Assembly: GCA_964016885.1 (NCBI GenBank)
Contig: OZ024741.1
Coordinates: 309,256,001 to 309,320,000, forward strand
Reading direction: 5' to 3'
Length of the DNA: 64,000 nucleotides
From: Eledone cirrhosa
Lineage: Eukaryota
The notes under the pieces are model-generated. The model worked only from the letters and a program-made list of their open reading frames with translations. It ran no database searches and was not told the origin of the DNA. Below are positions 1 through 13,447 of the stretch, piece after piece (position 1 is the stretch's first letter; each line of letters starts with the position of its first letter). Made by a program: the position numbers and the translations under genes.

Positions 1-735
1 ACAAAAGTGAGCTGAGGACCGAATCCGGATTAACTTCTACTTGTACCTTGAATTCTTCACTAAACTTTCTTCCTATTTTCACTTTACTAACAACTGCTCT
101 CACAAGCCATTCTTCTACAACTAATTTCTTTAAGGACCACTAGATGACAGATCGAGGTATTCTGTCAAAGGACTTTTCTAGATCAACAAAAGCTAAATAT
201 ATTGGCTAAGAACTTCTCTTGGAGTTGTCTCACTAGGAAGAAGGCACAAAAGAAAACTGCGTCTCGTCTAATTTGACTCTTTTAACTTGGTCCACCAGTT
301 TTCTTCTTCTGTAGCTGCTCCTTTCTAGAGCATCACCTTTCCCCTTGTAGTAATTTACAATTGTACTGCAGCACCAATCATTGGGTATGACTCCATCATG
401 TATACCAGTTCATAGTTCAGCTCCTATTTCTCCAGATGTTTTTTAGCATCTCGGCAACTATCTCTGATGGTCCTGCAGCTTTACCATTCTTCATCTTGAT
501 TGCTTCTTTGTCTCTATAACTGTCAATTTCGATAGCTGGTTCCTCTGTTGGGTCAGCTGGGAGTAATCTTCCTTCCCCCCATTCATTCTCCATATTCATC
601 AGCCTCTCATGATAACATTTCCAGGCTACTTTATTTTGAGCATCAGTGGTGCTAAGTGCACTGCTATCATTTCGAACACTCATTTTCCCAATAACATCCC
701 AATTCCCACTGACACAATGTCTTGCAATAAGTGAT
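1..735 (-). mobile_element. Decayed RTE-clade LINE reverse transcriptase fragment
   Basis: Minus-strand peptides KMKNGKAAGPSEIVAEMLK (ORF 417-683) and YLAFVDLEKSFDRIPR (~155-200) are RTE RT motifs; frame broken by stops and shifts. Confidence 0.85.
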
Positions 736-830
736 AGGGGGGAAAAGGTAGTGAATATTTCAGAGCTGTAAGAGGTGTTGGATTAAGAATGCTTTGGTAT
801 TAATTCGGGTTCTCTGTTTTCTGAGTTTAA

Positions 831-1028
831 CCCTTTAGCATTTACATTACTCTCTATTTACTATTGTATTTTTGTGGTAAAGGCTTTATCTCACATAATA
901 TCGAATTTATGAGATTTTGATATTATTTATTTTGAGAACAGTACCCTAACATCAGTATGAGTGGCCAGTTTGAACAGAATGAGATGAGAGAATTCTGGCC
1001 AGATATGGCCGGTTTAAATGCTAATGGG
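831..1028. mobile_element. piggyBac-type MITE inserted in a SINE
   Basis: TTAA at 827-830 and 1029-1032; termini CCCTTTAGCATTTA / TAAATGCTAATGGG are 14-bp TIRs with 1 mismatch. Confidence 0.85.
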
Positions 1029-2130
1029 TTAAATCCTGCTGAGGTCATTATTGCTTTTCATCTTTTTGAGCTCAATTAATAATGTATTTATCAAGTGCTC
1101 TCTCGAAGAAATCTTTGGAGAGATGGAATCCACCACGATTAAAATCCCAAGACACATTATGCATCAGAATGCCACCCCTACAACAGCATCAGGTTGAAAA
1201 AAGTACCAGATAGCAGGATTCAGCTTTTTTTTAAAAAAAAGGACATATTTGAAAAGAAGAAAAAATTTCTAAAATGTGCAAATCTAATAGTGCTTGAATT
1301 ATTTTTTTCTCTCGTGTTGTTAGTCAAACGTCTGGCACAAGATAAAATGATGTTATATTATCTAAGGGAGATAACTCTTTCAATAGTTTTCTTTTTCTTC
1401 ACCTCTCAGACTTTTTATTATATTTTATTAAAGTTCTATCTAGCAACATTTGTTGCAAACGTCAGTTATAAATGCTTTGCGTTATTCTTTCTTGTGCACT
1501 GAGTTCAAATCTTGCCATGGTCAACTTTGTCTTTCGCCCTTTCAAGGTCAACAAATAAAGTACCAGTCCAGCACTAGGATTGATTCTCTCTGTAAGTAAT
1601 CACTTTGGTTGGGCTTCACCGGGTTTTAATGCCCCTAGACATTCATTATGGGTTCCAAGCCCATAGATGGATATAGCATGTCTTTTATTTTATTGTTTAT
1701 GGTACTACTTCAGCACAAACTTAATTAACATCTCATTTAATATTGTTGTTGCTTCGTGTTCTCGGCGGACAGAATGTCGAATGCGCCATCTCAGATTATG
1801 GCGAGGGAGGTGTGCTGAAAGAACCAGCCAACTTCGGCTGAATATCAGGGTGAGGCAGTGGAAGACCCAGCCCACCCCTGGGGATGGCTAGGGAGATGTG
1901 CTGAAAGAACCAGCCCACCTCACAGGGCTAGTTATCAATCACAATCGAAATGTTTCCATCGATGATAGACCTATCAAAGAGTGGTCGCTACTGCACAAAC
2001 TATATCTTAAATTAAGCTGTCGGCACAAACCACAAATGACGTGAAAAGAACCAAGAAATTAATTATCCCTCCTCCCCCAAATCTCTCTCGTTGAGTCTCT
2101 TCGTGTCATTTACCTTAGTCTCAGCACTTA

Positions 2131-2467
2131 CTCACGGGTCTCGAAGAATCGTCTCCCTCTATTTATTAATTGTTAGGGTCCCCCACCCCCGCTTATTAAA
2201 TTTTGCTACTCTATCTCCAGTGAAATTTTATTGTTAAGTAGCATTCTTGTGACTTAATTTTCTTTTACATTAAAAGACATTATACACGACATAACGTATG
2301 GGATTTTTTATAATGTACATTTTATCAAATAAACAATTTATAAACTAAATGACTAATTTTGTTTGTTTTTTCTAAACAAGAGAGCAGGGGAGACAACCTA
2401 GATAAGTTATCGATTTTCCAACCCTCTGCTTATTCCACTCCACCCCCTATTATTTGGGACCCGAGAG
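2131..2467. mobile_element. Tc1/mariner-pogo-type MITE (related copies ~5950-6265, ending ~12340, and 43539-43747)
   Basis: TA flanks; imperfect TIRs CTC(A/T)CGGGTC(T/C)C(G/A)AA; same ends recur at 43539-43747 with TA flanks. Confidence 0.75.
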
Positions 2468-2929
2468 TACTTCGTTTTGGGAAAATAAGACGGCGGACAA
2501 CTGAATTGGTAGAGCTTCAAACAAATGACTTGTGATGTAGGTTACGTCCCTTTATGTTCTAAGGTTAAATCTTTCCCTCTATTGGGTAGAGAGTTTTAGG
2601 GATTTAGAAGAGCATAGACTGATTCAGCCCGAGGATTACATTAAGGGCATATGCGTCTGTGGAATACTCAGTTACTGACATGCTAATTCAGTTGATCAAA
2701 CAACTCAATGCTCATCATCGAAACAGATGGAGATCCATTTCCTTTACTTACGTATGTATATAAATGTGAGTGACTAATTATGAGACTGTGTGTTTGTATG
2801 TGTTTTGTTAGACTTTTGTCATTGTACTAGATTATTTGATCAACGGAACAGCCCGCTCATCAGATTTATATGCTGAGCATTTCACATACATTTACCCTTA
2901 ATGTAGTTCTCAGAGAGATTCGCGCAGAG

Positions 2930-3104
2930 CAGTGCCGGATTTACCATTGTGCTTAAGTGTGCTTAAGCACATGGCCTCGTTGGCCCGGGGGTCCATCTTC
3001 CTGCCGAAAACAATTTTTACGATGAATTACCTCCTTCAGGGCCCAAGTAAGGGGCCTCATAACTTAACTAGCACAGGGCCTCATTTGTCCTAAATCCGGC
3101 ACTG
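2930..3104. mobile_element. hAT-like MITE
   Basis: Perfect 14-bp TIRs CAGTGCCGGATTTA / TAAATCCGGCACTG; no 8-bp TSD recognisable. Confidence 0.7.
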
Positions 3105-3126
3105 ACGGTGAATGACCAGACAGATC

Positions 3127-5152
3127 TATAGCGAGGATACTGGGTGTATGAATGTAACAAAACGAGACATGGTTTGTGTATATAATATTTAATTAACGGT
3201 AGATAGAATACTTGACATGTCAAAGATAGATGTTAGAATGAAACAAAGTTAGTAGTTACCGTTTTGATTGCCAGGCAAACGCGGCTGGCAGAGGGCGCCT
3301 GGCTAAGGCCAGGCGCCTGTTGGCCAAATTAATGGCAGAGCCAAATGAGAAGACTCTTGACCTGGTGCCGAAAAGGCAAAAAGAGAGTTAGGAAGCTTAA
3401 AGTTGTTAGTTTTATAGGGCTCTGACCGGAAGTTGCAGAAAGGGTTCCACTTCCCGTCTAGATCCCAATCAAAACAAGGGAGACAACCGCTACATAACCT
3501 CCCGCCAGAATTTTAGTGTATAAAAATCGAAATGAAAATATGTAGCAAGTTGGCGAGAATGTTGTAACAGGCATGAAAATTACGACAAAAGAATGTCTGG
3601 AAAAATCAATGATAGATATCAAGGTAGCCAACCGCTCTTGGCCAGAGAACGACTGGACATCCATCTATCCATCACCCAAAGATACAATGTAATAAAGTAA
3701 AAGTAATAGAAGAGCTCAAAGTTCAAAATATAGTTCACAGGTGTGCAATCACATGACAGCAGGAAAGAAAGTGTGTTCCAGAGAATGAATGCAGGTGGTT
3801 TCTGTTCTGTGGTATATCGTGAAATTTCCAACCTCCGAATGGATTTTCTCACAGGAAGAGTGCTGCAAAAATAAATTCTCTGGCTTTGGTGAAGCTGTGT
3901 TGATGTATTGCTGTTGCTGCTGCTGTTGTCTCGCTGAGTGAGCGTATTCGGTGTTTAAATTCACAGTAAAAAAATTTTTTTTTAGAAAAAAATGAGTTGC
4001 GCAAAGTGCTAGAAATAGCAGCCGAAGTTGATGGTCGATGTTGAGAATGCGTTGACCTGGAAGGGTCAAGAGGCCAGCGACCAGAGAAATAAGCATTCTT
4101 AATAAATGCGCGGTTATCAACGGTAAATTTACATTGTAAATTTATAAACCGGCAAATAGAAGAATATAGCTTAAGGCTGAAGAATCATTGGGGGAGAAAT
4201 GCTATCTCTGGCGTGCGGCTGTCTGTGAGTAGAGACATCTCAGTGAATCGAGAATTTATGCTGCCTACACGTGCCAATACAAGGTTGAAAAAAAATATTT
4301 CTAACGCGCGAGAAAATGATAGTGCAATTTTGAAAGTGACAATGATGAAAAAGAAAGGCTTCAATCAGCATAATTATAGGTGTGAACTTTGGAAAAAAAC
4401 AAAAAACTTGAACGATGAAGAAAACGATGAACAAAAGGCAATGGTTCATCGAAAATAAATGTTCCTGTTGAAATGTTTTTTAAAGAATATCAAATTTCTT
4501 TTTTTTTTTTTGTGTTTTGAAAGAGTTCGTTGTAAGAAACGAGAAACATATATATATATTGGTGAAATGCGACAGTTAATTGATGCGTGAGAGAAAAAGT
4601 ATGTCTGTGCGAATTCCACATGTGCGTGTGTGCGTGTCCTTGAGTAGTTTCATTGTTTGTCGCTAAATTTGCTGTGTATTCGTAATGTTACTCACAAAAC
4701 CAGATGTGCTATTTTTTCTTTTTTTGGGGGGTGACCCTTACAGCGATGAACGGCTGCGTGTTCGTATCACGTCGGGGTCACCAATATAGCGAGGATACTG
4801 GGTGTATGAATGTAACAAAACGAGACATGGTTTGTGTATATAATATTTAATTAACGGTAGATAGAATACTTGACATGTCAAAGATAGATGTTAGAATGAA
4901 ACAAAGTTAGTAGTTACCGTTTTGATTGCCAGGCAAACGCGGCTGGCAGAGGGCGCCTGGCTAAGGCCAGGCGCCTGTTGGCCAAATTAATGGCAGAGCC
5001 AAATGAGAAGACTCTTGACCTGGTGCCGAAAAGGCAAAAAGAGAGTTAGGAAGCTTAAAGTTGTTAGTTTTATAGGGCTCTGACCGGAAGTTGCAGAAAG
5101 GGTTCCACTTCCCGTCTAGATCCCAATCAAAACAAGGGAGACAACCGCTACA
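3127..5152 (-). mobile_element. Complete non-autonomous LTR retroelement (TRIM/LARD-like), copy 1
   Basis: Direct 368-bp LTRs at 3127-3494 and 4785-5152, identical by eye. Minus-strand termini TGTAGCG...CGCTATA; TSD GATC (3123-3126, 5153-5156); PBS TGGTGACCCCGACGTGAT (tRNA-Trp) at 4766-4783; short PPT GGCGGGAGG next to the 3' LTR; no gag/pol frame. Confidence 0.95.
4752..4783 (-). promoter_or_regulatory. Extended tRNA-Trp primer-binding site
   Basis: Plus strand GGCTGCGTGTTCGTATCACGTCGGGGTCACCA matches nt 45-76 of metazoan tRNA-Trp(CCA), recalled from the vertebrate sequence, including the CCA end, with one mismatch. Confidence 0.9.
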
Positions 5153-5759
5153 GATCCATTGAATTATACAGGTGTGGACTGGAGCAATGTAAAATAAAGT
5201 GTCTTGCTGAAAAAACATAACGCGATGCCAGGGAATTAACTCACCACCATATGACCCTGTATCAACCACCCTAACCACTAAGCCATCTGTCATTACAATT
5301 GTGTCTGTATGTATACATTATGTAGCTATTTGTGTGTATGCATAAATGTGAACGAATAATTATGTGACTGTGTATATGGGTGTCTATATGTATGTGTGTC
5401 CTTGATACAACCACTATTAAACAAAAGAGGACATCAGAAATTAAACAAAGACTTGCATTGTTAGGTGTGTCTTATAAGACTGCTGCAGCGGTTGTTGGTA
5501 GTAGTAGTAGTAGCAGCAGCAGCAACAATAGTGATTGTGATGGTGGTGGTAGTAGTAGTAGTAGTAGCAGTAGTAGCAGCAGCAGCAGCAATAGTGATTG
5601 TGATGGTGGTGGTAGTAGTAGTAGTAGATATTGTTGTTTAGTCCCAAGTCAATTCTGATCATCAAATATATTTCAGATCTGTCAATACCGGTATCTTTTT
5701 TTTTTGCTTTTTTATTTTTTTTATTTTATTTTATTTTTTTTTCCGGACTCTGGCAGATC

Positions 5760-5945
5760 TACCGACCTCTAAAAATTCAAACGGGGAGTACCATGAAAAA
5801 AAGTGCCCTAAAACGGGGAGAAATGAGGCAAAATGGGGAGATTTTACATAATGAAAGCTATACCCATTTTCACAAGAGAAAACATCTCTCACCCACCCCA
5901 AAGTGGGTGGGAGGTCTCCCCGTGGGACAGGGAGAGTTGACGGGT
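5760..5945 (-). mobile_element. 3' UTR fragment of a LINE-like family (also ~22300-22465 and ~41895-42165 on +)
   Basis: Three similar copies; the 41895 copy ends in GTGGCTAATAAAAAGAAAAAA, like the Tx1/L1-type family at 20813. Confidence 0.6.
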
Positions 5946-6539
5946 CTGCTCTTGTCTCGAATAAACGTCCCCCACCCCTCGCTTATTAAATTTTGCTAAT
6001 CTATCTCCAGTGAAATTTTATTTTAATTGGTAGCATTCCTACAATAATTAATTTTCTTTATACATTATACTTTACAAAAATAGCATATAACTAGAATCCC
6101 ATATGTTATAAAATAAAAGAACGGGAGGGGGTCTCAATGTGTAAAGTAAACCACTAATTACAGTTTTTGATAAAAATCAAGGGAGACAACCTAGAAAAAT
6201 TATCGATTTTTTTTTTTCACCTCCACCTCCGCTATGACACTCCCCTATTATTTGGGACTCGAGTGTATCTAGAAACGATTCTACTATCCAATGAGGTCTT
6301 CCTATTGTAAGATAGGGTATGTGATTTGAGGTAAATTTAGCTGTTATTTCTAGCAGGACTAACAACTATTTAGAGCTGGAGTTCTTTAGCTTTTACTCTG
6401 TTAACCAGATGTGTTTTGCCATTTAGCCCCCCCCCCCCCCCCCTCCCATTACTCACATACAAAAGATTAATAATAATGTGATCATTCAGTTTATTTAAGA
6501 TACATTGGGAAAATCTTGAATATAGTTGACCCTATGTAA

Positions 6540-7420
6540 ATCTTCTCTTCTTCATTCACTTATTCCTGAGAGGGTCATGGGGGCAGAGTCCTCAAACACT
6601 CCTTCCAGCAGGTCCTGTCAGAAGAAATCGTTTCCAACTGATCCCCAAGCAAGACTAGCGGAGTTCATGAATGTTATCCAACCATGTTGCACTGGGTCTC
6701 CTGCCGGTTGATTTTGCCCATAAAATCTGTGCAGCGATTCTTTCCTGAGACATTCTAACCATATGCTCATAGTATTGGAACTGTGACCTCTGAATTCAGA
6801 GAAGTAGTGACTCTCTGATCTTCGAGCTAAGCACTCTATTGAGTAACTATACTCCAAAGACCCTTTAGAGGAACCCCATTTCAGCCGCTTTTATTTGCAA
6901 TCGTATTCTTTCGGTTAATACCCAAGATACATGGCTATAGGTAAGGGTTGGCACGAATACTGAAAGGAAGATAGCCAGTTTGGCTTTTACACCTACCTCT
7001 TTTATTCTGATTACCGAATGCTAAAGCTGGCGCATTACTGCACCAGACCCTGCAATTTTTGCATTTAATTCAGCCTCCTCCCTTCCATCAATCAGGAACA
7101 TGGGCCCGTGATACTTGAACTTCTCCCTCTGCTTCAGAGGAACCTCCATTCACTTGGAGAGTGCGCCACAGAAGCTTCCTTGAGAGGAGGAGTGTCTCAG
7201 TTTTCACAGCACTGATTTTCATTCCAGCCAAGTGCAAGTCGAAGATCATCTTCTATCCAGTTAAGTAACACAATGTCGTCTGCAAATTCCAGCTGACTAA
7301 TTCTACACCTGTCAGTCATGACACCACTACAAACCCAGCTGCACATGTCAATCCTGTTAATGAAAATAATGAACAGGAGAGGTGACAGTACACACCCTTG
7401 GAGGAGTCCGACTCCCACAT
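6540..7420 (-). mobile_element. Decayed RTE-clade LINE 3' part
   Basis: GVGLLQGCVLSPLLFIIF and LEFADDIVLL RT motifs (ORF 7197-7526); GAA-rich tail near 6545; same family as 9913, 22730 and 37015 copies. Confidence 0.9.
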
Positions 7421-8651
7421 TGGAATGATTTTGTAAATGACAATGATAATAGTTGATCACTATAAATATTAGTTGAGAAAATCGTCTCTGTCCTCTTTTT
7501 TCCATCTCCAGGGATACTTTACCCAATTTATAGTGACTGACTGTTGCTATACTAATTGGGATGACTGTTAATAATTGTTTCTACTTTTGGCACAAGGCCA
7601 GCAATTTGAAGGAAAAGGGAAAGTTGATAAAATTGACCCTACTGCTTTACTGGTATTTTATTTTATCAACCCTGTAAGGATGAAATGCAAAGTTAACCTG
7701 AGTAGTATTTGTACTCAGATGTATAGAGCTGTAACTATATACCACAAAGCATATTGTCTGATACTGCCAATCCACTACCCTGGTGATTTTCACACAAGGC
7801 CAGCAATTTGATGAGAGGAGAAAGTTGACTAAATCGACCCCAGTGCTTGCCTGGTATTTTATTTTATTGACTCCGGAAGGTTGAAGGGCAAAGTAAACTT
7901 CAGCAAGATTTGATCTTAGAAATAATAGTAGTAATAAATAAAATTCATGGCCATCATCACAGAATCATTAGCGTGTTGGACAAAATGCTTTGTGAGATTT
8001 GGTTCAGTTCTCTATGCTTTGAATTTAATCCCACCAAAGTCTACTTTGGCATTTTATCAATAAAATAAAGTATTTGTTAAGTACAATGGTTAGACATAAT
8101 CAATTAATTCCCTTCCCAAATTTCTCTCCTTGAGTCTATGTTAGAAGCAATTATTAACGTTTCACATTACAGAATTATAGAATTAACTAGTGGACCAGTG
8201 CCATCAATAATGATAGCGATAGCGTTGAATATATTTAATTTTTGGAGTCCAGGATTGGTATGCCATATATACCAGGATTACCAGATATATGAACAATCAT
8301 ACAACCTGGGAAATTTGTGTTTTGATAAATAAATGGTTTGCATAAAAGAAACCCTATAGTTTATGTTGATTAGTGACATGTGGAAGTGATTAAAGATAAC
8401 AATGATATATATACAAATAAGTAAATGTATGAGAAACTTTTAAAAAATAACTATTTCCAACCAATACCTTTTGGTTGGAAAACAAACTTCTAATAGTTGC
8501 AATATGACTGTGATAGAAAATGCATTGTGTGAATGTGTGTGTAAATTTAAAAGATTTACCCCCACCCCACCCCTACACACACATATATGTATATATATAT
8601 GTATATATGTATATGTATGTGTGTGTATATATATATATATATGTGTGTGTG

Positions 8652-8683
<32 letters not shown>

Positions 8684-8684
8684 C

Positions 8685-8757
<73 letters not shown>

Positions 8758-9912
8758 ATCACATATGGCATATTTACACCCTGCCATGTAAATGTTTGCT
8801 CCCTATGGGATAAACATTTGTCCTGTGTGAGAATGACTGAGATAGGGTGTGATGTCAGAGTGATTGTGGTGTTAGAGGTGTGGTGATGGGAGATCGTGGT
8901 CATAGTTGTTGTCATTATGGGAAATCACAAGAAGTTACATAAGAACAATAAAGAGATTGTTCATGAATAGTCCCTCCCATCTCTCTGCCCAAACTACTTC
9001 GGGTCTAGCTCTTGGAACATTTACAAAAAAAATCTTCTGTCTTGATTTTCTGTTTACAACTTCCCCACCCTCTATTGCTTCCCCCCCCCCCCCCGATCAA
9101 CATTCCCTTCCACCGTCCTTCTTTGTCAACCTCCCCTTCTTTCTCCTCCCTCAGTCCACCTCCCCTTCCGCCTCATCCTTCTAGCCCATTTCCCCTTCCT
9201 CCACTTCACCCTGATCCTGGTTCCCTTGCTCTTCTTTTCTCTAGTTCACCTCCTCCTCCTTTACTTCCTCCAGTTCCACTCCTCATTCCTCCTACCCACT
9301 TCTTCCACTCCTTCCTATCCTTCTCACTCACCATTCTCTCCCCCCTCTTCACATACTCTGCATCCACTTCCTTATATCCCACTTTTTCTTTTCACTTCCT
9401 CCTCCTCCTCCTCCACTACTACATAACGAAATGTGTCTTTACATGTAACCATTTTCTCCAGCCGGCTCAGTTGTCAAACCAGAATTATGTAATACATAAA
9501 ACCTATTTATGTAATACAAAAAAACTATAGAAACCATTCTTTAGTTTGAAACATTGTGATTTTCATGTCAACCTTTCAGTCCACAGTAACAAAATTTCAT
9601 TTTCATATTAACCCTTTTGTTACTGTATTTCTAATGAACTACACTACATATGAGTATCAATCCATTTTGAAAATTTGAAGAATTTAATGACATATATATA
9701 TATTTTCATTAGTAAGTTGATGCTTAAATCATTATTACATAACAAGATTTTCTTATTATGATGGTAGGTTATAATATAAGTATGAACATTTTTAAATGAG
9801 GTGTTGTGTATCACAAAACTAGGGTGGTTTCAGGCAGGTTGGCATCAAGAGTTTAATTTAAAAGATTGTTTTCCTTTTCTTTCTTTCCTCTTTAGTTTTG
9901 AATGTTGGATCC

Positions 9913-10293
9913 GTGAATACAAGCGGTCAAAATGGGATTCCTCCAAAGGGTCTTTGGAGTAACGTTATTCGATAAAGCGGCTCATAACTCAGAGATCAGA
10001 GAGTCACACCAGGTAGAGCCACTACTTCTCCAAATTGAGAGATCACAGGTCCGATACTATGGGCATGTGGTTAACATGTTTCTGGAAAGAATCACTGGAT
10101 AGATTTTATCGGCAGACCCAGGAGTAGACCCCGAGCAAGATGGTTGGATAACATGCATGAGCTTGGCTGGTCATGCTTGGGGATCAAGCTGGATCAATTG
10201 GAGACGGTTGCTTCTGACAGGACTCGCTGGAAGGAGTGTTTGAGGACTCTGCCCCATGACCCTCTCAGGAATAAGTGGGCGAAGAAGAAGAGA
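9913..10293 (+). mobile_element. 5'-truncated RTE LINE with ~110-bp flanking direct repeats
   Basis: RTE C-terminal peptide (…ETVASDRTRWKECLR), (GAA)n tail; 9803-9912 is repeated at 10294-10402. Confidence 0.85.
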
Positions 10294-13200
10294 GTTGTGC
10301 ATCATAAAACCAGGGTGGTTTTAGGCAGATTGGCATCAAGAGTTGAATTAAAAGATTGTTTTCCTTTTCTTTCTTTCCTGTTTAGTTTGGAATGTTGGAT
10401 CCTACATCAATTTAAATGGTGAGTATTCAATTGCTCAGTCAACTAAACAACATTAGTATTGCACAGACATATTAGTCTTTCTTATAGTACAATGTAAGTG
10501 CTAAGAATTCCACCGACATCCTTACTTTTAACATAATTCTCAGGCAGAATTAGTGTGATACCCTATGTGACAAGCCTGGACCCTTGAATTACAGGCAAAA
10601 CAGTTGGCTTAAACACAGTTTCTATCTACTCAATTTCATGCACAACATTTGAGTCAACCTAAAGCTATGTTCAAAGATATTTATCCTAGATGCCACGCTG
10701 TGGGATGAAATCAGGCATTTCATGGTCATGAAGTTAATTTTTTAACCATTCATCATCATCGTTTAATGTCCATTTTCCATGCTAGCATAGCTTAGATGGG
10801 TTGTCCTATTAGAGGCAATTGGGTCAAGTGACTGTGTCTTGCTCATATAGGACTGTTTTTGGCTAGATTCCTATGGCTGGATGCCCTTCCTAATGCCAAC
10901 CACATTTACAGTGTATGCTGGGTGCTTTTTGCTGTGATTCCTACATGTCAACTTTACAGTGTGGGTTGGGTGTTTTTAATCATGGCACCTACATGGCCAC
11001 CTTACAGCTCTGCTTATATTTATTTATTCATATATAATATTTATTTATTTTATATCAATGCAAGTATGGCTATGTGGTTAAGAAGTTTGTTTTTTAATTA
11101 TATGTAGTTAGCTATCCTCCTCTAACCAGTAATAAACTGAGGGATGAGTAGATTCACTATTTTTTCATCTTTCTTAGAAAATATTGACCTTACGTCAAAT
11201 CAAAAAATTAATCAATATTTCAAGAGGTGCTTTAATTAGGAAATTTGGTAAATGGAAACTGTATGGAAGTTCATTATATAGACTCTTCTTTAGTTGAGGC
11301 CTTAACACATCACCCAGTTTAACACTACTACCTGACCTTTGAGCAAGTTTAGTGGAGATCACTACACTGCAAGGATTCAGACTATGTCTCTGGTCTGAGC
11401 ATAACTTCTTACCTTATTCCTATAAATCCCAGTGGCCCTAAATAACAACATGGACACAGCATACTCTTCTCTGACTTAAACATTAAAAAGAAAAAAATTT
11501 CAATGAATACATCCAGACAGAATGTTTTATGGTATTTGTTCTGGCTTTCTGAACTCTGAGATCAAATCATCTGTTGCATTTCTATTTTGTCTTTCATCTT
11601 TTTGAGCTCAATAATTAAAATACCAGTCTAGTGCTGCAGTGGATTTTCCCTCTATTTCCTTTTCCCATATTTTTTTGTCTCTTGCTCATTCACATTTTAT
11701 AGAGGAAAAAATAGGCCCATGACATACTGTATATCATGCTAGTACCCCAATGACTCCATCAGGAGTTAAGGGTTTATTACATGATATAGCATGAATAAAA
11801 CCAATGGCTGGGGAGATGAGGTATCAAGCAAAAGACCAACTGTTTAGTAGTTCATGTATTGTTTGTTATTGATATTTCATTCTTGATAAAGCTTGATTGA
11901 ACAGTCCTATGGCCAAATACATTCCTGCTATTACAACTTGTTTACAGACATAGCCTATCTAGGATCTACTTATGATCAAAGGTATTCCAACCAGAACCAT
12001 CCTGTCTTTGGAGGCACGTCTAAGACTGCATTATGTAATATGTCCCATTTTTATGTTTCTGTTTCTTTTAAAGGGTCAAGAGGACTCTTCAGTTGTGTCA
12101 AGTGCACGGCAACTGTTGTAGTGTTGGGGATCTACATGATAAATACATCTGGGGTCCTCCCTTTTGTAAAGGGGTTGGAGATAGGAAGAGCATCCAACCT
12201 TGAGAAAACCTGACTAACAAAGGGTTGGGCAGATTAATTCTAGTTTTTAAAACAATCAACGGAGACACCCTAGAAAAATTACCGATTCCCTCCACCCCGC
12301 TTATTTCAACTTCCCCCTTATTATTCGTGACCCGAAAGTAAGTACTGACTTTGTCTGTGACGACCCCTCCAACCATTGCTGCCAGAGAGAATGGATATTA
12401 AATGATGATGATTACGATGGTGGTGGTGGTGATATAATTTGAGGAATATAGAGATACTATTGCTTGCAGGTCAAGCGATCACATAGAAGAAGCCTTGTTG
12501 TTGGGTTGTCTCTAGTCAGGTGACATTACCTGGTGTATAAAGTTAGGAAGGGATAGGGGTGAGGGAGAAACATGTCGCCCAATCTTAAACAGTTCATGTC
12601 ACCCTAGAATGTCTCACTCAAATTTCATCATTGTGCATTCATGTGTTGACGAATCTGTGTCTGTCTTAATACCTAGTCTCCCCCCGCTCTCTCTCTCGTG
12701 TGTGTGTGTGCATGTAGTTATGTGTGTATGTGTGTGAGTATTTATGTATTTACATGTGTATATGAGTGTGCATGCGTGTTTAAGATTATGTGCATGGATA
12801 CATGTGTTATGTCTCTGTGTGTGTGTTATCAAAGACGCAACTATGGTTGGGATTCAACTTTTTTATTAGATATTTCATAAACACACACACATATATATAC
12901 ATGTGTGTGTGTCTGTGTGTGTGATGCCGATGATGGTGATGATAATGATATATAAATCGTGCAGAAACTAGAAATATTCTTTCAGTAATATTTATGTTAA
13001 TTCTTCTTAGAAAAAAAGAAATAAAAAAAGAAAAACGTCTCTGACTCATTGTCATAGAATTTTAACATATTTCTGAATTTTTGTTTGAGAAATTCATATA
13101 AAATGTAAACAGGTTTTTTTTAGATATCCTACAGAAAGACTCGTGTTTAAAACCAAATTCATTGTAGAAATAATATTTTAAATAAACACGGGGGTGTGTC

Positions 13201-13370
13201 CACTTTCACCTTGCTTCACTGCAGTTGGCATTATCATTGTTGCTTTTGTTCTTGTTGCTGTTGCTGCTGCTACTGCTGTTGCTGATGATGATGATGACGA
13301 AGGAAAGTATGTAAAATAAAATGTTTCATTAAGAAATGAAATTTTATTGGTTAATGACAGAGATGTATGT

Positions 13371-13444
<74 letters not shown>

Positions 13445-13447
<3 letters not shown>

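Noticed and set aside
3127-3494. Retrozyme (HHR within the LTR)
   Set aside because: No CUGANGA/UUGANAA…GAAA core with helices found by eye in the LTR.
3458-4458. Small ORFs shared by both LTR-element copies
   Set aside because: Sharing reflects recent common origin; frames differ by indels between copies and show no recognisable domains.
4730-4783. tRNA-Trp gene
   Set aside because: Only the 3' 32 nt match, CCA is encoded, D and anticodon arms are absent, and it abuts an LTR; it is a PBS.
8440-8915. [18 protein letters not shown] ORFs here and throughout the window
   Set aside because: Translations of (TA)n and (CA)n microsatellites.
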